Shown in pieces: positions 1 to 12,846 of a stretch of 64,000 bases of DNA. The stretch covers positions 87,544,001 to 87,608,000 of the forward strand of contig OZ024744.1 of NCBI GenBank assembly GCA_964016885.1, in the 5' to 3' direction. The stretch is from Eledone cirrhosa (lineage: Eukaryota). Both the position numbers and the translations under genes were made by a program. A model generated the notes under the pieces. It had not been told where the DNA came from and searched no databases. It worked only from the letters and a program-made list of their open reading frames with translations. Numbering within the stretch: the stretch's first letter is position 1; every line of letters starts with the position of its first letter.

Positions 1-84
1 TGTCTTGCTCAAGGATACAACGCATCACCCAGTCTGGGAATCGATATCACGACCCTAATAATGTAAATCCAGTGCTCTATCATG
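1..84 (-). mobile_element. 5' part of a tRNA-derived SINE (family 2), cut by the window edge
   Basis: tgtcttgctcaaggatacaacgcatcaccc matches the SINE at 28607-28845 (tgtcttactcaaggaaacaacacatcaccc). Confidence 0.7.
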
Positions 85-229
85 TATATATATATATAAT
101 ATATATATATATAGAGAGAGAGGGAGATTGAGAGAGAGAGAGAAAGAAATAGAGAGAGAAAGAAATAGAGAGAGAGAGAGGGGGGGGGGGGAGAGAAATA
201 CATATATATATATATATATATATACACAT

Positions 230-392
230 TATATTAATAAATGGAAACTATATTTATAAAACCATAATTATTTTATTATATATATTTAAAGGGCAACCAA
301 GGCAAATTTTGGTGCACTTTCATCAGATAAAATACAAATTTGTTTTCATAAATGTTGACATACCCGCCGAAGAACAACCTTGACGGTTGGAA
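230..392 (-). mobile_element. Short PLE-type terminal repeat with a degenerate hammerhead (269-334); same family as 20290-20460
   Basis: Reverse complement reads tattttat-CTGATGA-stem II-TAAA (G12 mutated)-tatata-TA-ataaaata. The downstream tatggttttataaatatagtttccatttat is shared with 20424-20455. Confidence 0.7.
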
Positions 393-448
393 GTTCGCTT
401 TATAAAACTTTTAAGTTTGTTGAATTCCAACAAATTAAATATAACCTT

Positions 449-493
<45 letters not shown>

Positions 494-1256
494 TAGTGTG
501 GGAGAAAGAGGAAATGCATGTGTCTGTCTGTATGTATGTATCTATGTATGTATGTATCTATGTATGTATGTATGGATGGATGGATGAAAGAATGGATGCG
601 CTAACTATTTATTATTATGAATAGATATGTCTGGTCGGCTGTTGGATATATTACTCTATTTTCTTTCTCTCCTCTTAGTAACAATAGTTATATTAACAAC
701 TTACGTCTTCGTAGTCGACACTTTCTCTTCATGTTTCACTTAGGCTTTGTTCTCTTCACATATTTAGTGTGTGTCGAATGTATGTTTGTAGCTAACTGGT
801 TGTTTGTTTGGCTGAAAATTTTCACTACTTCTTGTAATCTATTTATTTCCTACGTCTATTATTATAGCATGCAGATAAGTTTTAGAGTTGTGATGTCTAT
901 TCCGTCAGCCCATTCTTTCATCAATGATGGAAATCATTCGACAGGCTAAGAAAAACAAAATAAAGATGGCTGTTGTCGTTGGCGTGAGTCCATCTATTTC
1001 GTTCGTAGCATTACGCAGCATGTGACGTAAGCATGTGACCTATGTTTCAGGAGCATATATCTAAGCACGGAAATACGATGCGAGGAAATGGTCAGTTAAA
1101 TCTAATATTTCATTCCCTTTTATTTCGCAGTTCCCTGCCGTCTGCCAAGCTATCACGTGACACATATTCGAACTGTGTATATAAAAAGAAGAAAACATTG
1201 GTTGAAAACATTTTACTTTATCTTTTTTTTTGTGTGTGTTTGTATATGTGAATGTA

Positions 1257-1333
<77 letters not shown>

Positions 1334-1452
1334 AAAAGAGAACGACTGTTTGTGTTTGTGTTTGCGTGCGTGTGTTTAAAAGCGTACGCGTATATGAGTA
1401 CATTGTATGTGAATGTGTGTATTTTTGTAAATTTCGTTCTTGTTTGGAGAGG

Positions 1453-1502
1453 TTGTACAAAATGAAGAATCCACACAAGTCTGACTATATTGAGCACAAC
1501 AT

Positions 1503-1587
<85 letters not shown>

Positions 1588-1778
1588 CTAAAGTAATGTT
1601 CATGTAAAATATGTTTATGTGCGCTTGTAATTTTCTTGTGTACGTTCATTTATGTATGCGTAACATAAAACTATATGAATCTCTAATCCAACACTTAGAA
1701 TCTACCTGTATATACAAACACACACATATATGTCTCTTTCCCTCACTCACAATCTCTCTGTCTCTCACTCTCTCTCTC

Positions 1779-1815
<37 letters not shown>

Positions 1816-1945
1816 TTGTATATACAGGTAGATTCTAAGTGTTGGATTAGAGATTCATATAGTTTTATGTTACGCATACATAAATGAACGTCCACAAGAA
1901 AATTACAAGCGCACATAAACATATTTTACATGAACATTACTTTAG

Positions 1946-1984
<39 letters not shown>

Positions 1985-2034
1985 ATGTTGTGCTCAATAT
2001 AGTCAGACTTGTGTGGATTCCTCATTTTGTACAA
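1453..2034. repeat. Long inverted duplication (arms ~1453-1730 and ~1790-2034)
   Basis: ttgtacaaaatgaagaatccacacaag...atctacctgtatatacaaac is mirrored by gtttgtatatacaggtagat...cttgtgtggattcctcattttgtacaa. The internal (TA)n differs in length between arms. Confidence 0.95.
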
Positions 2035-2044
2035 GATATATATA

Positions 2045-2962
2045 TCTTTCAAAGCCCAATTAATTTGCAGGCCTCAGCAAGTGGATTTTGTTGATTTCGG
2101 ATTTACAGAAACCTAGTGGAGATGTTATATAATTTTGTGTAATATGTCAATCTTTTCCCTGAAGCAAGTTTGTCGTTGTTCTGGTCCTAGGGGCTCGCTT
2201 TTCGGTCGCTGGCTTCAAATTTGCAAAAATTTGTCTAAACGTAATGTTATAACTCTAAGGTAAAATTCCTTATTGAGTGCTTTTGGCTGCACTTCCCGAC
2301 AGCATTCATTAGCTTGCCCGCAACCAGATCTTCGATTATGCTGTACTATCTTCTTGTATTATCTCCTAGATTTAATTATTAATTGATTAATTTACTTAGA
2401 CACTTCTATTGATTGGTTAATTGTTTATGTTTGTTTAATAACATGTAGTTGAGAGCTTTTATTCGGTTTGTGTAAAGGATTGAAATCCTTTGTCAAATTT
2501 TGAATTTGACCGCCAAAACCGGGGGTTACGTCCCTTCGGAGAATCCACGTGACTACTGGCAGTATTTACTACTAGTTTTTGAAACCGGCGGTGGCAGAAC
2601 GGAAACCTGTTGACGACGTAAATTCCACTGTTCTATCTTCTAAAGCCCAATTAACTTGCAGGCCCCAGCAAATGGATTTTGTTGATTTCAGATTTACAGA
2701 AATCTAGTAGAGATGTTATATAATATTATGTAATATGTCCATGATGGTCCAGGTAACAGTCAAACTTTTCCCTGAGTCGGTATTTTCGTTGTTCTGGTCC
2801 TAGCGGCTCGCTTTTCGGTCGCTGTCTTCAATTTGCATAGCTGTCTAAACGTAATGTTATAACTCTAAGGTAAAATTCCTTATTGAGTGCTTTTGGCTGC
2901 ACTTCTCGACAGCATTTGTTAGCTTGCCTGCAACCAGAGCTTCGATTATGCTGTACTACCTT

Positions 2963-2966
<4 letters not shown>
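2045..2966. repeat. Partial tandem duplication (period ~591 bp; 2045-2356 repeated at 2636-2966)
   Basis: aaagcccaattaa.ttgcaggcc...cttcgattatgctgtacta.cttctt occurs twice. Flanked by (TA)n. Confidence 0.85.
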
Positions 2967-3012
<46 letters not shown>

Positions 3013-3017
<5 letters not shown>

Positions 3018-3612
3018 ATAATAATAAATTTGAAGACTAAAATCCAAAGAGGGCTCGATAAGGATAAATATATATCAAATATATAAGAACCGTAGAGCAA
3101 ATATTTATTAAAATAACAGATTAAAGTTTAAGCAAAGAATCGCTGCTTTCATGCTTACCGGGATCTTCTGAAACTAACAAAGTCAATCTGTGAACGCAGA
3201 AGTGGATATTTCAAAAAACGTTGCAACCGGAGGAAGACAGGAAGACGATACTTTGGATCGTGGAAACGTTCCCTGGCAAAGAACGGGAAAAACGAATATA
3301 ATACGTCATTAATAGGAGCGGTGAAAAACAATTACGCGCAAAGACAGAACCACGTTTATGGTATAAAAGAAGTCGTAGACTAATGTTCTCTGAGGTGGTT
3401 CATAGAAACGTTCTCAGGCAATGAACGGAAAATACGAAGATAATACGTCATATGTGGAGCGTGGAGAACAATTGCACGCAAAGACAAAACCACGTAAAGG
3501 TATAGCTGAAGTCGTAGACTAAAATTCTAACTAGGAAACTGAATGAATCTCTGCTTCAGGGTAAAAGCAGCGAATCTTTGCTTAAATTTTAATCTGTTAT
3601 TTTAATAAATAT
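3013..3612. mobile_element. Repeat family F1 copy with an internal ~143-bp direct duplication and an inverted end
   Basis: Starts gtaataataataaatttgaagactaaaatccaaagagggctcg. 3262-3388 is repeated at 3405-3528, and 3559-3612 is the inverse of ~3100-3150. Confidence 0.8.
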
Positions 3613-3775
3613 ATATATATATATATATATAAACGGAAAAAATGAAACGATATTTCATTTCCCACTCTTAGTGTATATATATATATATAACGATATGTGC
3701 TTCAAAACATACGCAACACACACACATATGCACCTCGAATACCCAACGCAAACATAAACACACACACACACACAT

Positions 3776-3894
<119 letters not shown>

Positions 3895-4220
3895 AATTAG
3901 TAAATGTATTTGAAATTTATATAGCATATACTTATGTATATGAATATGATTGTGCGTTTGTATGTGAGTGTGCGTGTGCGCGCATGTGCCTGTGTCTATG
4001 TGTACGTACACGTATGTGTGCTTGTGTAAGAGTGTGACGGATTGTACAATTCTGCATAAGTTACATTTAAATCATGTATATGCATGTTAACAGTTAGTAT
4101 ATATGTGTGCGTTTGTGCATGAATGTGTGTGCCCAGAAATGGCACGCTTGCTGATATACGTTTGTTTTTCTAGAATAGTTGAATTATCATTATCTCTTGT
4201 GATTGCATGTATGTATGTAT

Positions 4221-4258
<38 letters not shown>

Positions 4259-4379
4259 GGATTAACAAGTAATAGTTAAATGCAGTCCACTTAGACATAC
4301 CAGTTCAGTAAAACAAATGTAAGCTATGTGATTAAAAACTTTTTTGTATAGCAAACCATGTAAACCTTCTTTCCTGATT

Positions 4380-4429
<50 letters not shown>

Positions 4430-4542
4430 CATATACATGTATTTATATATATATGTATAATTATCAATATATACATGTATTTATATATATATATATGTAT
4501 ATCACACATATATAGGCATGTATACATATATATATATGCATG

Positions 4543-4682
<140 letters not shown>

Positions 4683-4687
4683 ATATA

Positions 4688-4955
4688 GTAATAATAATAA
4701 ATTTGAAGACTAAAATCCAAAGAGGGCTCGATAAGGATAAATATATATCAAATATAAGAACCGTAGAGCAAATATTTATCAAAATAACAGATTAAATTTT
4801 AAGCAAAGAATCACTGCTTTCACCCTTAACGGGATCTTCTGAAACTAACAAAGCCAATCTGTACAGATTGACTTTGTTAGTTTCAGAAGATCCCGTTAAG
4901 GGTGAAAGCAGCGATTCTTTGCTTAAAATTTAATCTGTTATTTTAATAAATATAT
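4688..4955. mobile_element. Repeat family F1 copy with a spacer-less ~90-bp palindrome centred at 4862/4863
   Basis: ...aacaaagccaatctgt|acagattgactttgtt...; the arms differ by a few substitutions. (TA)n on both sides. Confidence 0.9.
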
Positions 4956-4966
4956 ATTTATTTATT

Positions 4967-5050
<84 letters not shown>

Positions 5051-5071
5051 CATGTATATATCTGTATATAT

Positions 5072-5143
<72 letters not shown>

Positions 5144-5189
5144 TACATGTATGCAAACATATATACATATGCATGTATGTATATATGTG

Positions 5190-5232
<43 letters not shown>

Positions 5233-5461
5233 GTGTGTGTGTATATATATATATATATATTATATAGAGATATAGATATGCATGTACATATACGTATACA
5301 TACACATATATATATATAGAGAGAGAGAGAGACAGAGAGAAAAGAAACGGAGCTGGGTCGGTAGGCAGATAGCCAGCCATCGCGATGAATAGACGACCAC
5401 ACAAATAATATATATATATATGTATATGTGTGTATACATACACACACACGTATATAAATGG

Positions 5462-5497
<36 letters not shown>

Positions 5498-5996
5498 GTG
5501 TATGTATATATAAATATACATATATATATATATATACATATAATATATATGTGTGTGTGTCTATACGTGTGCTTTTTTTTGTTATGTGCTAGTGTAAGCA
5601 TGTATTAAGCTGGCGCCATTAGAGATAGTTTGTTCTGACGTCATCGCTATCATCTCCAGTGCAACTGATACTCTTGGACAATGCAAAATATTCTAATCAC
5701 CTCTGACTCAATGAGAAACGGCTAGGCAGTGAATTGATCGGAAAGTGAGAGAGAGAGGGGGGGGGATAGTGAGGGAGGGAGAGAGAGAGAAAGAGAGAGA
5801 GAGGGATAGTGAGAGTAGAGAAAGAGAGAGAAAAACAGGGTGAGTTGACAAACAGACAGACAGACAGAGAGACTGGAAGATAAAGGGACATAAAGAATGA
5901 AGGATAGAGAAAGAGTGATATGTCTGGAGGAAGGAAGGTGTATTGTTGTGGTGTGTTATTATTATATATATATGTTATTATTATTGTATATATAAT

Positions 5997-6190
5997 GGCG
6001 GTGGGTTGGCAATATCGGTAGAGGGTCGGACGCAATGCTTTGAAGCATAGAGTTACGGCCCTTGCCATTCTGAGTAAAATCCCGCCGAGGTTAACTTTGC
6101 CTTTCATCCTTACGGGGTCGATAAAATAAAGTACCAGTAATACACTGGATAATTGCTGGCCTTGTGCCAAAAGTAGAAACAATTATTATT
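5997..6190 (+). mobile_element. tRNA-derived SINE, family 1 (OK-like), variant A
   Basis: A-box-like tggcaatatcgg, decayed B-box, body ccgccgaggttaactttgcctttcatccttacggggtcgataaaataaagtaccag, (att)n tail; seven copies in the window. Confidence 0.9.
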
Positions 6191-6197
6191 ATATATA

Positions 6198-6380
6198 TAA
6201 TTGTTTCTACTTTAGGCACAAGGCCAGCAATTACCCAGTGCATTACTGGTACTTTATTTTATCGACCCCGTAAGGATGAAAGGCAAAGTCAACCTCGGCG
6301 GGATTTGAACTCAGATCGTAAAGGGGCGTAACTATGCTAGAAAGCATGGCGTCCGACCTCTACCGATACTGCCAATCCAC
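6198..6380 (-). mobile_element. tRNA-derived SINE, family 1, variant B
   Basis: Reverse-complement copy with intact B-box gagttcaaatccc. Confidence 0.9.
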
Positions 6381-6383
6381 AAT

Positions 6384-6580
6384 GGCGGTGAATTGGCAGT
6401 ATCGGTAGAGGGTCGGACGCCATGCTTTGACGCATAGAGTTACGGCCCTTGCCATTCTGAGTACAAACCCCGCCGAGGTTGACTTTGGCTTTCATCCTTA
6501 CGGGGTCGATAAAATAAAGTACCAGTAATACACTGGGTAATTGCTGGCCTTGTGTCAAATGTAGAAACAGTTATTATTAT
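6384..6580 (+). mobile_element. tRNA-derived SINE, family 1, variant A
   Basis: Near-identical to 5997-6190; diagnostic ttacggcccttgccattctgag. Confidence 0.9.
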
Positions 6581-6590
6581 ATATATATAA

Positions 6591-6781
6591 CGGTGGATTG
6601 GCAGTATCGGTAGAGAGTCGGACACCATGCTTCGAAGCAGAGTTACGTCCCTTTATGATCTAAGTTCAAATCCCGCCGAGGTTAACTTTGCCTTTCATCC
6701 TTACGGGGTCGATAAAATAAAGTACCAGTAATGCACTGGGATAAATTGCTGGCCTTGTGCCAAAAGTAGAAACAATTATTA
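6591..6781 (+). mobile_element. tRNA-derived SINE, family 1, variant B
   Basis: Diagnostic ttacgtccctttatgatctaagttcaaatccc. Confidence 0.9.
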
Positions 6782-6981
6782 TATATATATATATGGTGAC
6801 ATATTAGATAGAGGAATGAATGAAGATTATGCCTCGGTAGAAAAATGAACGGAGGAACATTCCAGAGAATAGAAGTGAATTAAGTGAAAGGTGGGACGGG
6901 TGTTGGAGAGCGGTGTGGGGATAATAAGGAAACCTGAAAGACAAAAGAAGGAAATATATGTAAATAAATATATGTATATAT

Positions 6982-7103
<122 letters not shown>

Positions 7104-7632
7104 AATATGGGTGGGAAGAATGCTGCTGGTTGCACATGGATAACATGTTATAAAATGAGTCCCTCATCAGTGATTTACCAAACGATCATGGGTATTTCAT
7201 CGCATTAAAAATCATATGCCTCACGTTGGAGCGATAATAACTAAAATAAGTTATTAGGACAATAGAAACGTGTAAAGCGAGTGAGACAAGTAAACAACAC
7301 AGGGGGAAAGCTAACCGAAGATGGAAATAAACACAAGCAGCATAGTTATTCTTTCAGCATAAACTGTGTGAATATATGAGCGAGTCAGAAACAGACCTTT
7401 CGCTAGTGAATCCGGTGTTAGAAAGAATGAAAAAGAAATGACAACACAATCGGTACAGTATATGGAAGGGATATATTAGGTTAATGCTTGATATAGCAGG
7501 AATATATATAATCCCCCCTCACTCTCTCTCTCTCTGTCTCTCTATATATATATATATATATATTGAAATGGCTTCTACAAGACTAGAATTGTTTCATTCG
7601 GGAGAAATCATCATCTTTTCCTTTTTTTATTA

Positions 7633-7678
<46 letters not shown>

Positions 7679-8063
7679 TATACATATATTCATCATAAAA
7701 TTGGAAGAGATTGTGAATATAGTATGGAAGGTGCTATTATTGTATTTTATCAATCATTTACTGGCTTCAGTCATTCGAGTGTGACCATGCTGGGCACTGT
7801 CCTTAAGTGTTTAGTCTCTCAACTCAGTACTTCTTTTCTTTTTTAACTGTGTTACTACTTATTTTAACGATTTCTTTTTGCAGAAGCGCATAGTCAAACA
7901 TCATGGGATGATAAGCTCTGTAGATGTAAACTCAGACATGGACCGTCATCACACGGCCGTACACTCAGGCAAATACGCACATACGCACACTCAAATACAT
8001 ATAGTAAGCGTGTGTGAAAAGATAGAGACTGAGAGAGCGAGAGAGGGAGATAGAGAGAGCGAG

Positions 8064-8106
<43 letters not shown>

Positions 8107-8486
8107 GAGAGAGAGAAAGAGGGGGGGGGGTTAAATCAGAGAGATTTCTGCAGTGCTTCTTCCGTCATTCAAATGTGTAATGTCAACAGAAAAAGCGACA
8201 TAACTTTTTACTGCTATAATATATATATATCTGGATTGATCAGGATATTGCGCAAGGACTACCGTGACTACATCCGGCCTATTTCCAGCCCTCAACAAGT
8301 CGCTTGTTTGTATCTCCATATGTCCAGAAAAAAAAATGGCATTGTTGACAAAGCGACATCTTCATTTCATCTAAAACAACCAGAGGAGGCATTTTCTGAC
8401 ATGGAACTCCATTTTTCATTACTTCTTTTAATGTATTTTAGACTTGTTTACGTTTACAGAACCGCTCATAATACATAGATAATCAC

Positions 8487-8559
<73 letters not shown>

Positions 8560-8565
<6 letters not shown>

Positions 8566-8978
8566 TAAACGGAATAGAAAATGCTGACAAATTGTTCACA
8601 GTTGAAAAATGGTTTAATTAGGAATAAAGGAGTATTAGTGATTGTATGGGTTAGTATTCAGTTGTGGTTTTAAGTTTTTAAGTTTTTACCGGTTGCGCAT
8701 TTCTAAATGCTTTTCAAAAATAATTTTGAGATAGAGTGTCCGTGCTGTTTGCTCTGATCTGCACGGACACTCTATCTCAAAATTATTTTTGAAAAGCATT
8801 TAGAAATGCGCAACCGGTAAAAACTTAAAAACTTAAAACCACAACTGAATACTAACCCATAAATCACTAATACTCTTTTATTCCTAATTAAACCATTTTT
8901 CAACTGTGAACAATTTGTCAGCATTTTCTATTCCGTTTACCAATATATAATAACTTGTGTGTTACACCTCTATTCTTT

Positions 8979-8985
<7 letters not shown>
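8560..8985. mobile_element. Foldback element in (TA)n: ~185-bp arms (8560-8745 and 8761-8945) with a 15-bp spacer
   Basis: ttggtaaacggaatagaaaatgc...gagtgtccgtgc / gcacggacactc...ttctattccgtttaccaa. Hammerhead-shaped relic tttttgaaaa-gcatttagaaatgc-gcaa-ccgg-ta-aaaa at ~8786-8823. Confidence 0.9.
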
Positions 8986-9067
<82 letters not shown>

Positions 9068-9074
9068 AATATAA

Positions 9075-9114
<40 letters not shown>

Positions 9115-9248
9115 TTTGCTACGGTAAGATTCTTTTGTTATCTTAGCGATTTAATTTTCTTTCTAATGCATTGTTTGGTCTTCAACATTATTTAAATAAG
9201 TATATATATATATATTACATATATATAAGTATGTATACGTACATACTT

Positions 9249-9700
9249 AGCACCGTATACCTTCCTGTCAGTTGATTGAACGTTTGAAAGTATATACTTT
9301 CCTTATGCATATTAACGTCTGAGCAGCCTAATTTGCATATCGAGTGAGTAAGTCGGCCGGGCGTACCGAAATCGATAAATGGAAAAAATGAAATTTCATA
9401 CGGTGCTGATGACAGCTAATAAGCTAGAAACTAGTTCATCGTTCCTTTGTCAGTGTTAAACAAAAGGGCAACGATGGTTGCCGACCACAGTACGACTTAA
9501 TGCGGGCTGTTTCTTTACAAACAAACCGAACATTATAATAAATGTTCTGTAAACCCATACGTACATATATATATGTGTATGCATATATGTATGTATATAC
9601 ATACTACTGTACGTCTGTATACATATATGTATGTACGTATACATACATATATTTAAGTATCAACCGTACTAAGGGTGAGAATTAACATTTCATTTTTTCC

Positions 9701-9705
<5 letters not shown>
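9249..9705 (+). mobile_element. Repeat family F2 (hammerhead-bearing, retrozyme-like), locus 1, with an inverted 5' part (9249-9399)
   Basis: All segments match locus 2 at 33629-34430, but in a different order. Confidence 0.85.
9400..9442 (+). ncRNA. Minimal type-I hammerhead ribozyme motif (F2)
   Basis: acggtg-CTGATGA-c agct aata agct a-GAAA-ctag-TT-catcgt. Stem I pairs over 6 bp and stem III is palindromic (ACTAGT). C-A mismatch at the base of stem II. Confidence 0.75.
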
Positions 9706-9794
<89 letters not shown>

Positions 9795-10376
9795 AAATGT
9801 TGAAGTTTCGTTTGCATCTATGTATTATTTTTTTTGTGTATCGATCTATTTGGCGCATTTCGGACAGGGTTGGATCAAGATTACCCATAGAATTTATTGC
9901 CTTGTATATCGACAAGAACCCAGACCTTATTCGCTTAAATTGGGCCGGGGAAACAATGTTTCTATTTATCTTTCCAATTGCTAATGGAATGAGAAGACGA
10001 TCCAAACCTCAATGCTTTATTGTCATCAACAATCATGTACATTAAAAATTGTGTAAGTTCCAATAATTGAAAATTGTGTAACACTATAAATCATGAACAT
10101 TGAAAAGTAAACGATGGGTATAGGTTGAAATAAGGCATTTTATCAATTTTACCTGCGTTTCATTGGTAATACATAATAACAGTCTTTTTTTAAATATGAA
10201 AATACCTCTAACATTGAAATTGTAAAGTTATAAAACCATCAGAAATGAAAACGTTGCATGCATGATATCCAGAAAATCAGTGGAGATCGATCGAAGGAAG
10301 AATATCGGCCATAAATGAAATAATTACACATTTTGGCATGAATAAATGTGCTCATAGACACTTGTATTTAGACATA

Positions 10377-10404
10377 GACACATCCATATGCAAGTACCAG
10401 TTTT

Positions 10405-10477
<73 letters not shown>

Positions 10478-10517
10478 GTATATATATAAAAACTGGTACT
10501 TGCGTATGGATGTGTCG
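10377..10517. repeat. ~29-bp inverted arms enclosing a (TA)n tract
   Basis: gacacatccatatgcaagtaccagttttt ... aaaaactggtacttgcgtatggatgtgtc. Confidence 0.9.
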
Positions 10518-11006
10518 AAATCTCCCCCTTCCTTAATTGACACTTTATAATTAATACTACTACACCAAATGACCAGCCCTGTCCATTGCTCAATTGGTCA
10601 AGTATAGATTAAAATAGGCACTCCCAAAAATTCTTATTTAGATAAAATAAACCATTTACTCATTGTATTCTCATTAGAAACCCTTTATATACTTGTTTAG
10701 CAGTAAATTGAATTACCATCTGTCATATACTATCCCCTCTCTTCTTCCTCTATTACAACTAATATAAATACTTCAATTTTTCTGATTTTTTCCAATTTAT
10801 CCAAAATCTCTGAAGAAGTGACAACTGATTATACATTTGCTATCGAATACTTTCTAACATTATATGATTACTCAAGCAGCGATACATAGGTATTCCGTCT
10901 GTTACAGAAACATATGTCAATACATAATAAATTCCTTTTTTTTTAAAAAAGCACTTTCATTTTATATTCACCTTTTCTATATATATATATATAAATATAT
11001 ATATAT

Positions 11007-11154
11007 GGACACACTGGAAGAGGAAGACCAAGGTTAACGTATTGATGCCCTAAGAACAGACACTGGTCTGTTGGAGACGCAGGACATGGCAGCGATAATG
11101 AGGGACAGAGACCGCTGGAGAGAACTCGTCCATGGATCTCAGGAATTTTATCCG

Positions 11155-11155
<1 letters not shown>
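11007..11155 (+). mobile_element. RTE-clade LINE, extreme 3' fragment
   Basis: Translates (frameshifted) as GRGRPR..IDALRTDTGL..QDMAAIMRDRDRWR, the RTE C-terminal signature also seen at 62740-62887. Confidence 0.7.
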
Positions 11156-11185
<30 letters not shown>

Positions 11186-11282
11186 ATGGAAAATTGAACG
11201 GGAACAAAACAGAGAGGCAGTACAAACAAATGTTTATTAATTTCACGCTCTTGAGAGTGGGGTGGTGATATATATATATATA

Positions 11283-11416
11283 GTAAAAATAATAAATTTG
11301 TAGACTAAAATCCAAAGAGGGCTCGATAAGGATAAATATATATCAAATATAAAAGAACCGTAGAGCAAATATTTATTAAAATAACAGATTAAAGTTTAAG
11401 CAAAGAATCGCTGCTA
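11283..11416. mobile_element. Repeat family F1 fragment
   Basis: Matches 3013-3146. Confidence 0.85.
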
Positions 11417-11446
11417 TCACATAACTATATATATATATATATATAT

Positions 11447-11665
11447 TTAGTTATGTGATAAACAGCATAAGATAATTATTTCATTTACCAATGGTTTCAG
11501 GAAGATAGACGAGCCTGACACAGACGTCTGTTTCAGGCTCGTCTGTCTTCCTGAAACCTTTGGTAAATGAAATAATTATCTTATGTTGTTTATTACATTA
11601 CTAAAAAGCTCTGTAGCCTACATAGAGCACTCTCATTTCCTTTACCTTTCCTACGGAAACACTTC

Positions 11666-11667
<2 letters not shown>
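11447..11667. mobile_element. Repeat family F4 foldback centred at ~11525 (cagacgtctg), retaining the 3' half of a hammerhead
   Basis: ~75-bp arms. GAAA-cctttgg-TA-aatgaaataatt matches the intact motif at 37146-37206. Confidence 0.85.
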
Positions 11668-11698
<31 letters not shown>

Positions 11699-11702
11699 AG
11701 TT

Positions 11703-11965
11703 TGAAGAACAGTCAGGCAAAATATATTCAATTTCTTCTTAGTCCGTAGGAATCAGCCAGATGAATAATCATTTAAACGGAGCTAAGTATAAAATGTAAC
11801 TTTGAAGAAATAACAGACAAATGTTATCAATATTCCTTTATGAGGAACAGTCAGATAAAATTTATCTAATCTTTCCTCTTAGTCCATAGAAATTAACTAG
11901 ATAAATAGTCATTTAAATGGAGCTAAGTTTAGAATGTAAGTTTGAAGAAAAAATAGATAAACTAT
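11703..11965. repeat. Diverged ~140-bp direct tandem duplication
   Basis: gaacagtcag...cttagtcc.tag.aat...catttaaa.ggagctaagt...tttgaagaaa occurs twice. Confidence 0.8.
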
Positions 11966-12296
11966 CGACAGTTTCGCTCGTACTTTGTGGAAATGTCTAA
12001 TAGTTACGTTATCCATGCGGCTCTGAGATTTTCAAGAGACTCCCTCAGGACCGAAATTTCCAAATTGATCACTGTCAGTAACAAATTCAAGAGGGGTGAA
12101 AATCATCACGTGGCTAGCGGTCAAAATAGAAGTGTTGCGAAGAGTAGGCCGGTGGCAAGTAAGTTTATTGCTAGAAGAAGCAGTTAGTTACCGTAAGGGA
12201 GTAAAGAACAAAGTCATAGAGAACATATATATATTCAAACATAGTCACAGATACATATATGAGTGTTGGCTTCCATCAACAGTGTGGCTCGATCAG

Positions 12297-12386
<90 letters not shown>

Positions 12387-12759
12387 TGTCTGTGTCTGTG
12401 TATGTATGTGTGTGTGTGCGTGTGTGTGAAAAGTTGATGGAAAAAACACAAAAGACAAAGAAATGCAATAAATATATAGATTAGTTTTGCGCTTAATATA
12501 GTAGGAAAAGTGTTAACGCTTGAGACGCTAAGCCTTCATCAGAAAATAGAATGAGAAATTAAAAAAGAAATAAAAAGATGGCGAAGAGTGAGCAAAGGCA
12601 GAAACGAAAAAAATCTACGAGAAAAGCAGATCTATTCATTTTGCATTCTCTTGGGGAACTGTTGATTGGAGAGAAGTTCTGTTGGCTGTCTTTTCAGAGG
12701 CTCTTATCAAAAGCATTTATATTCTTCCGAAAAGGAAAAAATGTCATTTTGTATTTAGA

Positions 12760-12805
<46 letters not shown>

Positions 12806-12846
12806 GGAAAAAATCTTAGAATTAACTGTATAAAGGTACAAGCAAT

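Noticed and set aside
5997-6781. tRNA gene cluster or CRISPR-like array
   Set aside because: Units are ~190-bp SINEs with tRNA-like heads, bodies and AT tails; no full cloverleaf and no repeat-spacer structure.
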